Of a stretch of DNA of 64,000 nucleotides, positions 10,182 to 20,081 are shown one piece after another. The stretch is taken from positions 66,490-130,489 of the forward strand of contig JAMHWA010000009.1 in the NCBI GenBank assembly GCA_035911175.1. The letters run 5' to 3'. The notes under the pieces were generated by a model, which worked only from the letters and a program-made list of their open reading frames with translations, searched no databases and was not told where the DNA came from. The position numbers and the translations under genes are program-made. Numbering within the stretch: position 1 is the stretch's first letter; every line of letters begins with the position of its first letter. Source of the DNA: Alphaproteobacteria bacterium. GTDB lineage: Bacteria; Pseudomonadota; Alphaproteobacteria; Rickettsiales; UBA3002.

Positions 10182-10334
10182 CTCTTGTGCGCTGCACTAA
10201 TTTGCACTAATCCCGCAATGCACCAAATTAACACTTGCGGGCATATCTTAACTTATGTTAATAATCCTTAAAATTTTATTAAATTTGGATGCTGGGTCAA
10301 CTAGCGCATTAACTTACAACTCGGAGCAAACTAC

Positions 10335-11087
10335 ATGAGCCCTCAAGTATTGGCGCTAAACGCGCAACCCCAAGCTGAAGATGCGCAAGCGTCTAGTGGT
10401 GTTCAGCTCGGTCAGCCTAATGGTCTTGAGCTGGTGGTTTCGCATGAGGTGGACGAGCGCAATCAAACATCGCTACGCCTCCAGCGCTTCGGTAAGCGTG
10501 CCATGGATGTATTGGCATCGGGTTCAGCGTTGCTGGTGCTCAGCCCCGTAATGATTACGCTTGCCTTGTTAGTGAAGCGCGATGGCGGCCCTGCATTCTT
10601 CGGCCACGCCCGCCTTGGTAAAAATGGGAAGACCTTCAAGTGCCTTAAATTTCGCTCGATGATTCATAACAGCCAAGAAGTATTGGCGCGCCACTTGGCG
10701 GAAAATCCCGAAGCCCGCGCTGAGTGGGAAGCGGACCATAAATTGAAAAATGACCCGCGTGTGACTCGCTTTGGCAGCTTCCTGCGCAAATCCAGCCTCG
10801 ATGAGTTGCCCCAGCTGATCAATGTGCTCAAGGGTGAAATGAGCCTTGTTGGCCCACGCCCAATCGTCAGTGCTGAAGTGGTGAAGTATGACCGCGCAAT
10901 CGCGCATTACTACAGCGTTACCCCAGGTATCACGGGTTTGTGGCAAATCAGTGGCCGCAACGATGTCAGCTACGACCAGCGCGTGATGCTTGATAGCTTC
11001 TATGTGCGCAACTGGTCGCTCTGGCGCGACATTGCGATCATGCTGAAAACGCTGCCCGCGATGATGAAGCGCAGTGGTGCCTACTAG
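10335..11087 (+). CDS. Undecaprenyl-phosphate sugar-1-phosphate transferase (ExoY/WbaP C-terminal type priming transferase)
   Basis: Bac_transf domain: one TM helix, then FKCLKFRSM ... [21 protein letters not shown] ... [13 protein letters not shown]. Confidence 0.9.
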   Translation: MSPQVLALNAQPQAEDAQASSGVQLGQPNGLELVVSHEVDERNQTSLRLQRFGKRAMDVLASGSALLVLSPVMITLALLVKRDGGPAFFGHARLGKNGKTFKCLKFRSMIHNSQEVLARHLAENPEARAEWEADHKLKNDPRVTRFGSFLRKSSLDELPQLINVLKGEMSLVGPRPIVSAEVVKYDRAIAHYYSVTPGITGLWQISGRNDVSYDQRVMLDSFYVRNWSLWRDIAIMLKTLPAMMKRSGAY

Positions 11088-11227
11088 GTACAGCTTCGCC
11101 CAAAGCCCTCGGTAAATGGACGACTTTTTCATCGTCGGCTTGTATTGGCGAACGGATTAGCGCATTCTTAACCTGTTCAATTGTATAGTCGTAATTCGGT
11201 TTTACGCTTCTAGGTATGGATTATTTC

Positions 11228-12220
11228 ATGACACAGGCAGTGTTAGTTGCCGGCGGCGCTGGTTATATTGGATCTCACGTGTGCAAGGCATTAGCTGCGG
11301 CGGGCTATACTCCCGTGGTGCTTGATGATTTTTCGGCCGGCCACCGCCATTACATCAAATTCGGACCATTGGTCGAGGCATGCGTGTCGAACGTGGATGT
11401 GGTGAAGAAAGCTGTTGCTGACCACAAGATCCTCGCCGTGATTGATTTGGCAGGTTCCATCGAGGTGGCCGAATCCGTGCGTGACCCGCTTAAATACTAC
11501 GATAACAACGTTGCCAAAAAAATCCCCTTTCTGCGTGCGCTCACGGAGTCAGGCGTTAAGGCGTTTGTATTTTCTTCCACCGCCGCGGTGTATGGCGAGC
11601 CCAGTGCCATTCCCATCCCCGAATCGCACCCCACCAACCCCACCAACCCTTATGGTTGGAGCAAGCTGATGTTCGAGCGCCTGCTGCATAGCACGGCAGC
11701 GGCCACGGGTTTGCGTTTCATGGCGCTGCGCTATTTTAATGCGGCCGGAGCCTCGCTCGATGGCGAGATTGGCGAAGCGCACGACCCCGAAACCCACCTG
11801 ATTCCGCGCGCTTGTTTGGCTAGCCTTGGCCACATTCCGCCACTCGAAATTTTCGGTAACGATTACCCCACGCCCGATGGCACCGCGATTCGCGACTATA
11901 TCCATGTGATGGATTTGGCGTAGGCGCATGTGTTGGCCGTGAGCAAGTTGCTCGCGGGGGAGCCTTCGGGCACCTATAATCTGGGTAATGGTATTGGCAC
12001 GTCGATTGGCGAGATCATCGCGGCCTTTGCACGTATCGGGTTTCCCGTGCCACACAGCTTCAAAGGCCGCAGGGCTGGCGACCCAAGCCGCCTCGTGGCC
12101 GATAGTGCTGCCGCGCGTGAGGCGTTGGGGTGGACCCCACGTTATGCCGATGTAGACACCATCATCAGCTCGGCTTATCAGTGGCACCAGAAAAACCAGC
12201 CCAAAACTAAGGTGGGGTAA
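11228..12220 (+). pseudogene. galE: UDP-glucose 4-epimerase interrupted by an in-frame TAG at 11921-11923
   Basis: VLVAGGAGYIGSH Rossmann motif and YGWSK (YxxxK). The track ORFs 11216-11923 and 11930-12220 are in the same frame, reading DYIHVMDLA*AHVLAV across the conserved GalE block. Confidence 0.9.
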
Positions 12221-12222
12221 GC

Positions 12223-13494
12223 ATGAGCCGCCCGTTATTTAGTCAAAACATCGACGCCGCATTCGAAGATGTGGTCGGCGAAGCAGGCGCCAGCCGCGCG
12301 CGGTATGAGCATTGGTGTGCGCAAGCCCGCACGGCCATTCCCAATATTTTTAAAAACCCACAACGTGAAGCCGCGCCGATTTATAAGCTGCCATCGCGTA
12401 CGGATGACCTCGCGGAAATCGAGTCGATAGCAACGAACATCGCCGAACATTATTCCGATCTTGTGGTCGTCGGCATGGGAGGCTCCAGCCTCAGTGGTGA
12501 AACGCTGGCGCATTTGCGCAAGCAAGGCGGGCTGAAGCTCCATTTTGTTGATAATGTCGACCCCCACACCTTGGCGCTATTGGTCGAGTCGTTGCCATGG
12601 GTCACCACTCATTTTCTTGTTATCAGCAAATCGGGCAACACGGTCGAGACTCTTGCGCAAATGGCCGTGTTTCTGCGTGCCGCAAAGCAACGCATCCCTT
12701 CTGGCTATGGAAAACACTTCACCATCATCACGATCCCCGACAACAATCCGTTGCACCGTTTAGCGGTGGCACATGGCATGCGACACCTTGCCCATTGCGC
12801 GGATTTAGGCGGGCGGTTCTCGGTGCTTTCTGCTGCAGGTCTCATTCCTGCCGCTGCGGTGGGTGTCGATATCCGTGCCTTGCGCGCTGGTGCGGGTATT
12901 GTGCTTGCCAAGAACCAAGGCGATAAACTCGGTGCAGCGGGCGAAGCAGCCGCGTTGCACATGGCGCTCGTAGAAAAACAAACGCGCATCCAAATTCTTA
13001 TGCATTATGCCGACAGGCTAACGGGTCTTGCCTTGTTCCACCGCCAATGTTGGGCGGAAAGCTTAGGCAAACAAGGGCAGGGCACGACACCCATCCCTAG
13101 CCGTGGCGCGACCGATCAGCACAGCCAGATGCAGCTCTATCTCGAAGGGCCGAAGGATAAGTTTTTTACTAGCCTCATGCTCGATATGGCAGGGCAGGGT
13201 GCCGCGATTGATTTCGATGAGGCAGATAGTGGGCTTGATTACCTACGCGGTCACACATTAGGCGATTTGGCGATGGCCGAGCAACGTGCTACGAATGCCA
13301 CGCTCATCAAGTCTGGCCGGCCTTTGCGTACGATTACCTGTGCCGTGCTGGATGAGGCAACTCTTGGTGGATTGCTCATGCATTTCTCGCTCGAGGTGGG
13401 CTTCACCGCCGCGCTCATGGGCATCAACGCCTATGACCAGCCTGCTGTTGAAAGCGGAAAAAAACTGGCGCTGGAATATCTGGCAGGTAAATAG
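12223..13494 (+). CDS. pgi: Glucose-6-phosphate isomerase (short form)
   Basis: Both PGI signatures are present: DLGGRFSVLSAAG and GINAYDQPAVESGKK. The SIS motif ISKSGNTVET is also present. Confidence 0.88.
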   Translation: MSRPLFSQNIDAAFEDVVGEAGASRARYEHWCAQARTAIPNIFKNPQREAAPIYKLPSRTDDLAEIESIATNIAEHYSDLVVVGMGGSSLSGETLAHLRKQGGLKLHFVDNVDPHTLALLVESLPWVTTHFLVISKSGNTVETLAQMAVFLRAAKQRIPSGYGKHFTIITIPDNNPLHRLAVAHGMRHLAHCADLGGRFSVLSAAGLIPAAAVGVDIRALRAGAGIVLAKNQGDKLGAAGEAAALHMALVEKQTRIQILMHYADRLTGLALFHRQCWAESLGKQGQGTTPIPSRGATDQHSQMQLYLEGPKDKFFTSLMLDMAGQGAAIDFDEADSGLDYLRGHTLGDLAMAEQRATNATLIKSGRPLRTITCAVLDEATLGGLLMHFSLEVGFTAALMGINAYDQPAVESGKKLALEYLAGK

Positions 13495-13499
13495 GGGGC

Positions 13500-14450
13500 A
13501 TGAGCCAAGCCCCCGACATCAGCGTCATCATCACGACCTATAAAGTGCCGCAATATATCGTCCGCGCCGTCAATAGTGCGCTCGCGCAAACAGGTGTGAA
13601 TCTTGAAATTATTATTGTCGATGACTGCTCACCTGACACTACATGGGATGTTATTCAAACCCTTGTTGACCCACGTATCACCGCCATTCGTATGGAGCAA
13701 AACGGTGGCCCTAGCGCTGCTCGCAACCGCGCTATCGCCACAGCAAAAGGTCGTTGGCTAGCGGTGCTCGATGGGGATGATGTGTTCCTCGAAGGCCGCC
13801 TCGCGCGCATGATGGCGTTAGGCGAAGCCAAAGGCGCCGATATTGTTGTCGACAATTTGCTCGTCCAACGTGAGGAGGATGGGAAGGAATTTCCAATGTT
13901 TGCTTACGCGCGGATGAATACGCTAACCAGCATCACCCCTGAAATCTTTATTGCAGGTAACAGTGACTTCATCGATGGCGGTTACGGTTTGGGTTACATG
14001 AAGCCGCTATTGCGCACCGATTTCCTGCGTCACCACGCACTCAGCTATCGCGAGTCTATCCTCATCGGCGAAGATTATGTATTGATGATGGAGGCGCTGG
14101 CCAGTGGCGCGCAATGCGTGGTGGATGTGCAGGCCGGTTATGGCTACACCGTGCGCAAAGGCTCGATTTCCCATCGCCTCAGCCCGCCCGATGTGGCGCG
14201 CATTCAGGCTGAGGATGCGCGGTTTTTTGCTAATTACACGCTCGATAGTGCGGCCATGAAACAGCAACAAATCCGCGAGAAAAGTTTGGTCGAAGCACTG
14301 GCCTATAACCAAATGGTGGATGCTATTAAGGGCAAACAATGGGGCGCGCTGATCACGTTAGCATTAGCGCACCCTTTGGCAGCACGTCATTTGCTGTTGC
14401 CAGTGAAAGTGCGCATTGCGCGGCTGCTGAAGCGCTTAGGCGTGGCCTAA
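13500..14450 (+). CDS. Glycosyltransferase family 2
   Basis: ISVIITTYKVPQYIVRAVNSALAQT, IIIVDDCSPD and LDGDD (DxD). Confidence 0.85.
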   Translation: MSQAPDISVIITTYKVPQYIVRAVNSALAQTGVNLEIIIVDDCSPDTTWDVIQTLVDPRITAIRMEQNGGPSAARNRAIATAKGRWLAVLDGDDVFLEGRLARMMALGEAKGADIVVDNLLVQREEDGKEFPMFAYARMNTLTSITPEIFIAGNSDFIDGGYGLGYMKPLLRTDFLRHHALSYRESILIGEDYVLMMEALASGAQCVVDVQAGYGYTVRKGSISHRLSPPDVARIQAEDARFFANYTLDSAAMKQQQIREKSLVEALAYNQMVDAIKGKQWGALITLALAHPLAARHLLLPVKVRIARLLKRLGVA

Positions 14451-15913
14451 ATCCCTGTATCGAGCGTATCGGGAACGTCTGCATCAGTGGTTGAATTGCC
14501 CATGCTTCGTATCCCCTCCATGAGCGATTTCTTCTGTACCAACGCCGCACCACCAATGGCAGCAAGGGCAATCAGCGCAGCCACAATCGTTGCCATCCAA
14601 TCATTCATAGGTACAAAATGAGCTAGTGCCAAATAAGTAGCAATGCCCAGCGTTGTCGCCACGAGTGGAGTGACATACGTCGCCACATAATCACCCAGCG
14701 AGCGATTAATGAGCGGTAGCATGAGCGAGAGATAGCGCAGCTGGTAGAGTAAGGTGAGCACCGTGAACGTGATAGCCGCGGGGATGACGCCATAGCCCAC
14801 CGCCACCAGCAGCGCGCCAATCCACACCAGCGCATATTCAATCGAGGTGCGAAGTTGTATATCGGTGCGGTTGAGCGAAAACACCACGGTTTCACAAATC
14901 GCCATCACTGCTTGCACCGCACAGGCAGGGGCAAGCAGCATAAATATAAACGCGGCTTGCAGCCATTTATCCGACAACAACAGGCTAAACACCGGTGCAT
15001 GTGCGACAGCAATCAACCCCATCGCAGGCAAAATAAGAATTGCCAGCAGCCGCGTCATCACCAGAAAAATATGGGCAATGCCCGCTGTGTCATCCTTCAT
15101 TTTGGCGAGCTGGGCATACATTACGAACTGCAATGGCCCGCCAATAATTTGGTGCGGCAGGCGGGCAAACAAAAACGCCATGGAGTAAAAACCAACCAGC
15201 GCGGTGCCCAGCGCTTTGCCCACAATCCAATTATCGGCCGAGCGCGAGAAGTAATTTACCAAGCCAGTGCCCAGTACATTACGGCCAAACAGCAAATGCT
15301 CGTGCACCTCGCGCCAGCGGAAGGTGAATAGCGGGCGGAAGGGCGAAATAAAGCAAATGCAGCTCGCTTTCACGGCAAAAATGGCGATTTGCTGGCCAAT
15401 CAGCGCCCATGCACCATAATTATTATAAGCCATGTGAAGCGCCGTGGCGATACCAAGCGCGGTCGATAAAACTTCAATAACTGCGATGGCCTTAAAGCGT
15501 TGCGCCTGCTGAAGCGCCGCCACCGGAATCAGGTGAATGGCCTGCGCGAACACCACAAACCCTAGCGCAATCATCATGGGGATGAGGGGAGGCTGGTCGA
15601 AAATACTCGCCGCCAGTGGTGAAAATGCGGCCATCAGAGCCGCTAGACCCAACCCCAGAATAACCGTAAGCCAGAAGCAGGTGCTCCACACCCCGCGCTC
15701 GCTGGCGGGCGTGCGCACGAGGGAGATTCCAATCCCAGCATCGGCGATCATCATGGCGAATAGAGCAAAGGGCATCGCAATCGCCACCAGCCCATACTCC
15801 TCGGGGCTGAGTAGCCGTGCCAGAATGGGGATGGCAACGAACTGCGACACGAGCCGCAGCAGCCGCACCGACGAGATCATCGCCGTGCCCCATGCTATTT
15901 TCTTGAATGACAT
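14447..15913 (-). CDS. Polysaccharide flippase (Wzx / MOP superfamily)
   Basis: 488 aa with roughly 12-14 hydrophobic helices. The N-terminus LRLVSQFVAIPILARLLSPEEYG is typical of Polysacc_synt proteins. Confidence 0.8.
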   Translation of the reverse strand: MSFKKIAWGTAMISSVRLLRLVSQFVAIPILARLLSPEEYGLVAIAMPFALFAMMIADAGIGISLVRTPASERGVWSTCFWLTVILGLGLAALMAAFSPLAASIFDQPPLIPMMIALGFVVFAQAIHLIPVAALQQAQRFKAIAVIEVLSTALGIATALHMAYNNYGAWALIGQQIAIFAVKASCICFISPFRPLFTFRWREVHEHLLFGRNVLGTGLVNYFSRSADNWIVGKALGTALVGFYSMAFLFARLPHQIIGGPLQFVMYAQLAKMKDDTAGIAHIFLVMTRLLAILILPAMGLIAVAHAPVFSLLLSDKWLQAAFIFMLLAPACAVQAVMAICETVVFSLNRTDIQLRTSIEYALVWIGALLVAVGYGVIPAAITFTVLTLLYQLRYLSLMLPLINRSLGDYVATYVTPLVATTLGIATYLALAHFVPMNDWMATIVAALIALAAIGGAALVQKKSLMEGIRSMGNSTTDADVPDTLDTGI

Positions 15914-15961
15914 GTCGCCACGATTATAGGGTTTTTTAGGCTTAGCCTAGCGTTTTAATGC

Positions 15962-16246
15962 TTAGGCAGCATCTGCCTCTTCATCGTCCAGTGCGCTGTC
16001 CATACCCAGCGCGCGCTTATAGAGCTCCAGCATATATTCTGCCTCGGTGCGCTCGTTGGCTTTCATTTTGCGCAATTTGAGGATCTGGCGCATAGCCTTC
16101 ACATCGAACCCGTTGGATTTGGCTTCGGCGAACACGTCGCGGATATCACTCGCGATGCCTGCTTTATCCTCGTCCAAGCGCTCGATACGCTCGATATAGC
16201 TTTTCAGTTTGGGGGTCTCGACCCCGCCCGTTTGTAGTTTTGCCAT
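15962..16246 (-). CDS. gapR: DUF2312/GapR-family nucleoid-associated protein
   Basis: LKSYIERIERLDEDKAGIASDIRDVFAEAKSNGFDVKAMRQILKLRK matches the alphaproteobacterial UPF0335/GapR pattern. Start taken at ATG 16246. Confidence 0.85.
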   Translation of the reverse strand: MAKLQTGGVETPKLKSYIERIERLDEDKAGIASDIRDVFAEAKSNGFDVKAMRQILKLRKMKANERTEAEYMLELYKRALGMDSALDDEEADAA

Positions 16247-16382
16247 GGCTTGCCCTTTGATTTTTCTGTTTATGGGGGGCAAAAACTAACCCACAGGCTT
16301 GCGCGGTGCAACTTCGCGCTTGCCATTATCCCCAGCCACGTGCCATAATGCGCGTCCAAACTCGGAAGGGGGTATTTGTCTC

Positions 16383-16583
16383 GTGGTTGAAGTTCTAGTT
16401 CGTGATAACAACGTGGATCAGGCTTTGCGCGTTCTGAAAAAGAAGATGCAGCGTGAAGGGATCTACCGCGAAATGAAAATGCGCAAGCATTACGAGAAAC
16501 CGTCCGAAAAACGCGTGCGTGAGGCTGGTGAAGCCGTTCGCCGTGCTCGCAAGTTAGCGCGCAAAAAAGGCGAATTCGAATAG
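16383..16583 (+). CDS. rpsU: 30S ribosomal protein S21
   Basis: [48 protein letters not shown] start at 16383 gives the normal 66-aa length. Confidence 0.93.
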   Translation: MVEVLVRDNNVDQALRVLKKKMQREGIYREMKMRKHYEKPSEKRVREAGEAVRRARKLARKKGEFE

Positions 16584-16634
16584 CCGATTACGTCGGCATG
16601 CCGTTTGGCATTATGACTTAATAGCTAATGAAAG

Positions 16635-16659
16635 ACCCCGCCAATGAGTGGGGTTTTTT
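16635..16659 (+). terminator. Rho-independent terminator after rpsU
   Basis: ACCCCGC / GTGGGGT 7-bp stem, 6-nt loop, then TTTTTT. Confidence 0.7.
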
Positions 16660-16750
16660 ATTGCCTTATGCGCGAGTCGGACGAGCGTGCTGTGCCCGCA
16701 CAGCGGCGCGGAGGACTAGGCAGCATGCCAATGTCCGAAGCAATTAAAAA

Positions 16751-18670
16751 CTATGCGGCTGCGGTTTTGCTCTTCGTTACGCATAGCTCTGACGCCAGCT
16801 TCACTATCGCTGCTGCATCCAATCCGGCCTCGGCTAGTTGTTTGGCTTGGGTGTCATGCGCCTGATAATAGTCAGGCAAGGTGAGGGAGCGCAGCTTGCA
16901 GTTCCCATTATCCAGCAAGCCAGCATTGGTTGCGTAGGTTGTCACCACCGCGCCGAATCCACCGCTTGAGCCTTCTTCAATCGTGATGACAAGGCTATGT
17001 TTTTGGATGAGTGAAGCAACCAGCGCCTCATCCAGCGGTTTGGCAAAACGTGCATCCGCCACCGTGGTGCTGATGCCTTGGGCAGCCAGCTCATCCGCCG
17101 CTTTCAGGCATTCACCAAGGCGCGTGCCATAGCTGAGTAGGGCAACGTCCGTCCCCTCGCGCAACACACGTCCTTTACCAATTTCAATAGCTTTACCGCG
17201 TTCAGGCAGCGCAACGCCGGTGCCTTCACCGCGCGGGTAGCGCAGGGCAATCGGGCTGCTGTTATGGCTGGCTGCGGTGGCAACCATATGCATCAGCTCA
17301 GCCTCATCGGCGGCTGCCATCACCACAAAATTGGGTAAGGTGCACAGGTAAGCAATATCGAACGCGCCCGCATGGGTGCAGCCATCCGCACCCACCAGCC
17401 CCGCGCGGTCGATTGCGAAGCGTACGGGCAGGTTTTGAATTGCCACATCGTGCACCACTTGGTCATAGGCGCGTTGAAGAAAGGTGGAGTAAATGGCGCA
17501 GAAGGGCTTGTAACCCTCGCACGCCAAACCCGCCGCAAATGTCACCGCGTGCTGCTCGGCAATGCCCACATCGAACGTGCGCTCGGGGAAGGCCGCGCCG
17601 AATTTATCAAGCCCCGTGCCATCGGGCATTGCGGCATGAATGGCGACAATGCTGCCGTCATGCTCGGCTTCCTGAATCAGGCTTTTAGCAAAAATGCTGG
17701 TGTAGCTTGGCGCTTTGGGCTGTGGCTTCACCTGTGCGCCCGTCTTTACATCGAATTTGGTGACGCCGTGGTATTTATCGTCCGAGCCTTCCGCAGGGCC
17801 ATAGCCATAGCCTTTTTGGGTGACAACATGGATGAGGATAGGCCCTGAATCACGCTCATCGCGCACGTTTTTCAGCACCGGCAAAAGCTGGTCAAGGTTA
17901 TGACCATCCACGGGGCCGACATAATAGAAGCCAAGCGCTTCGAACAGTGTGCCGCCCGTTGCATAGGTGCGGATATGGTGTTCCGTGCGCTTCGCCACAC
18001 GTTGCAGAGGCTCGGGGAATTTGCTGGCCACCATTTTGCCAATATGGCGGAAGGAGCGGTAGGATTTGGACGATACCAGCCGCGACAGATAATGGCTCAG
18101 CGCGCCTGTTGGCGGGGCGATGGACATGTCGTTATCGTTCAGAATCACAATCAGCCGTGTGCCGAGCGCCCCTGCGTTGTTCATCGCCTCATAGGCCATG
18201 CCTGCGCTCATCGCGCCATCACCAATCACGGCGACGACTTCGAAATCCTTACCTGCCATGTCGCGCGCCACGGCCATGCCCAGCCCCGCCGAAATGCTGG
18301 TCGAGGAATGGCCTGCGCCAAACGCATCATATACCGATTCATCGCGCTTGCAGAAGCCGCTTAAGCCGCCACCCATGCGAATGGTGCGGATTTTATCGCG
18401 CCGCCCCGTGAGGATTTTGTGGGGGTAGGCTTGGTGCCCCACATCCCAAATAATTTTGTCCGTCGGCGTGTTGAACACATGGTGCAGCGCCACGGTCAGC
18501 TCCACTACGCCCAAGCCAGCGCCAAGGTGGCCGCCCGTTTGCGAGACAGAGTCAATCGTCTCGCGGCGCAAGTCATCCGCGAGTTGTTTCAACTCGTCGA
18601 TGGTCATGTCGCGCGTGTCGGTTGGCAGCGTGGCGCGGTCGAGCATAGGGGTCGGGGCATTGGCGTTCAT
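16751..18670 (-). CDS. dxs: 1-deoxy-D-xylulose-5-phosphate synthase
   Basis: 639 aa. [41 protein letters not shown] and [18 protein letters not shown] (TPP-binding motif). Confidence 0.97.
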   Translation of the reverse strand: MNANAPTPMLDRATLPTDTRDMTIDELKQLADDLRRETIDSVSQTGGHLGAGLGVVELTVALHHVFNTPTDKIIWDVGHQAYPHKILTGRRDKIRTIRMGGGLSGFCKRDESVYDAFGAGHSSTSISAGLGMAVARDMAGKDFEVVAVIGDGAMSAGMAYEAMNNAGALGTRLIVILNDNDMSIAPPTGALSHYLSRLVSSKSYRSFRHIGKMVASKFPEPLQRVAKRTEHHIRTYATGGTLFEALGFYYVGPVDGHNLDQLLPVLKNVRDERDSGPILIHVVTQKGYGYGPAEGSDDKYHGVTKFDVKTGAQVKPQPKAPSYTSIFAKSLIQEAEHDGSIVAIHAAMPDGTGLDKFGAAFPERTFDVGIAEQHAVTFAAGLACEGYKPFCAIYSTFLQRAYDQVVHDVAIQNLPVRFAIDRAGLVGADGCTHAGAFDIAYLCTLPNFVVMAAADEAELMHMVATAASHNSSPIALRYPRGEGTGVALPERGKAIEIGKGRVLREGTDVALLSYGTRLGECLKAADELAAQGISTTVADARFAKPLDEALVASLIQKHSLVITIEEGSSGGFGAVVTTYATNAGLLDNGNCKLRSLTLPDYYQAHDTQAKQLAEAGLDAAAIVKLASELCVTKSKTAAA

Positions 18671-18762
18671 GCCGCTGATTTACGCAATTACAGGTGGAGT
18701 TGCAAGCGGTCTCTCGTGCAAACACCACGCGATTGCGTTGCCAATCCTATGCAAGGATTAAG

Positions 18763-19503
18763 CTAGAATTTGACCTCATAGCTCAACTGCAGGCGGGCGG
18801 CGCTGTCGGCGGCGGTGTCGTTCAGCCCCCAGTAATAGCCCGCGAGATATTCAATTTCGCCACCTGCAAGCTCGGCCAACTCACCTTTTACAATGGGGCC
18901 AAGATAGTACTCGCGCGTGGTTTTGCCGCTCAAATTGCTGAGTTTTCCGTGGTCGCCGTGCCACTCAAATCCTGGGGCAAAATGCTCGTTATAGGCATGG
19001 CTGGCCTGAAGGCGGCTGGAGACATCGAGGCCATGGCCACGGTTTTCGCCCAATTCGCGCGATAGGCCAAGATTCACTACCAGTTTCGAGGCGCCATAGC
19101 TGCGCGCGCCCAGCCATTTAAGTTCCACTTCATCTGGGTTGTTTTCGACGCCAATCAAGAATTTGCCTTTAATAGCGCTATCAAGCCACCAGTTGCCTTG
19201 CTGTGTCAGCTCGTACTGCGCTTCGATGCCGTAGGCCTTGAATTCGTGGCCATCAGCCGATTTGCGGCTAGTTTTTCCTTCCAAGCCCATTTTGAAATTG
19301 TCGGTGAAACCATACTCCACCTCTAGCGTATGAGCTTGCTTGTTGTTGAGGGATTTGCGGTCATCGCTGTGGCGCACGCCGATATACTCCACCTCAGCTT
19401 TGCCTTTGGTCACGTCGGGTGAACTGACCTTGCCAACCCCAGCGAATGCCGGTGTAGCAAGGCTGGTAGCGATGAGCGAGAATAGTAGAGAGCGTAGTTT
19501 CAT
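18763..19503 (-). CDS. Outer-membrane beta-barrel protein (family not recognised)
   Basis: Signal peptide MKLRSLLFSLIATSLATPAFA, amphipathic strand pattern and C-terminal YEVKF. Start at ATG 19503. Confidence 0.6.
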   Translation of the reverse strand: MKLRSLLFSLIATSLATPAFAGVGKVSSPDVTKGKAEVEYIGVRHSDDRKSLNNKQAHTLEVEYGFTDNFKMGLEGKTSRKSADGHEFKAYGIEAQYELTQQGNWWLDSAIKGKFLIGVENNPDEVELKWLGARSYGASKLVVNLGLSRELGENRGHGLDVSSRLQASHAYNEHFAPGFEWHGDHGKLSNLSGKTTREYYLGPIVKGELAELAGGEIEYLAGYYWGLNDTAADSAARLQLSYEVKF

Positions 19504-19565
19504 AAATACTTCCGAGACGTGGTTGATTGTGCTAGCAAGATAGCTCAATTCTCTACGGAATCAAG

Positions 19566-20081
19566 ATGCACGAAACAGTTATGCGACTCCTTTCCCCCAC
19601 CCAGCTTCAAGCAAATAATCGCCTAGTGGCGTGCCGCATTGGCCGCGAGGGCATTGCGGCAGTCGGGGAAAAACGTGAGGGCGATTTAAAAACACCCAGT
19701 GGAAGTTTTGCCCTGCGCTGTGTCTATTACCGCCCTGACCGTATGGAGGCGCCAAAAACCGCACTCCCCGTAATAGCATTAACGCCCGAGGATGGCTGGT
19801 GCGATGACCCAGTGCACCCGCTTTATAACCAGTTTGTGAAGCTGCCCTTTGATGGCCGCCACGAAAAACTCTGGCGCGAGGATCATGTCTACGATCTCAT
19901 CATTCCGCTGGGCTATAACGATGGCGTGGAAAGCCCCATCATTGCTGGTGCAGGTAGCGCTATCTTCATGCATCTGATGCGCGAGGATGGTGTGGGCACG
20001 GAAGGCTGCATAGCCCTAAAGCGCGATGATTTGTTGGAGCTTTTGGCTACGGTTGGCGTGGAGGCTGAACTACATATTTAG
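19566..20081 (+). CDS. L,D-transpeptidase catalytic-domain (YkuD-like) protein, no signal peptide
   Basis: SAIFMHLMREDGVGTEGCIAL fits the YkuD His ... G-(S/T)-x-G-C active-site pattern. Confidence 0.65.
   Translation: MHETVMRLLSPTQLQANNRLVACRIGREGIAAVGEKREGDLKTPSGSFALRCVYYRPDRMEAPKTALPVIALTPEDGWCDDPVHPLYNQFVKLPFDGRHEKLWREDHVYDLIIPLGYNDGVESPIIAGAGSAIFMHLMREDGVGTEGCIALKRDDLLELLATVGVEAELHI

Noticed and set aside
16644-16865. 73-aa plus-strand ORF after rpsU.
   Set aside because: It starts inside the rpsU terminator region and runs antisense into the 3' end of dxs. It is a shadow ORF.
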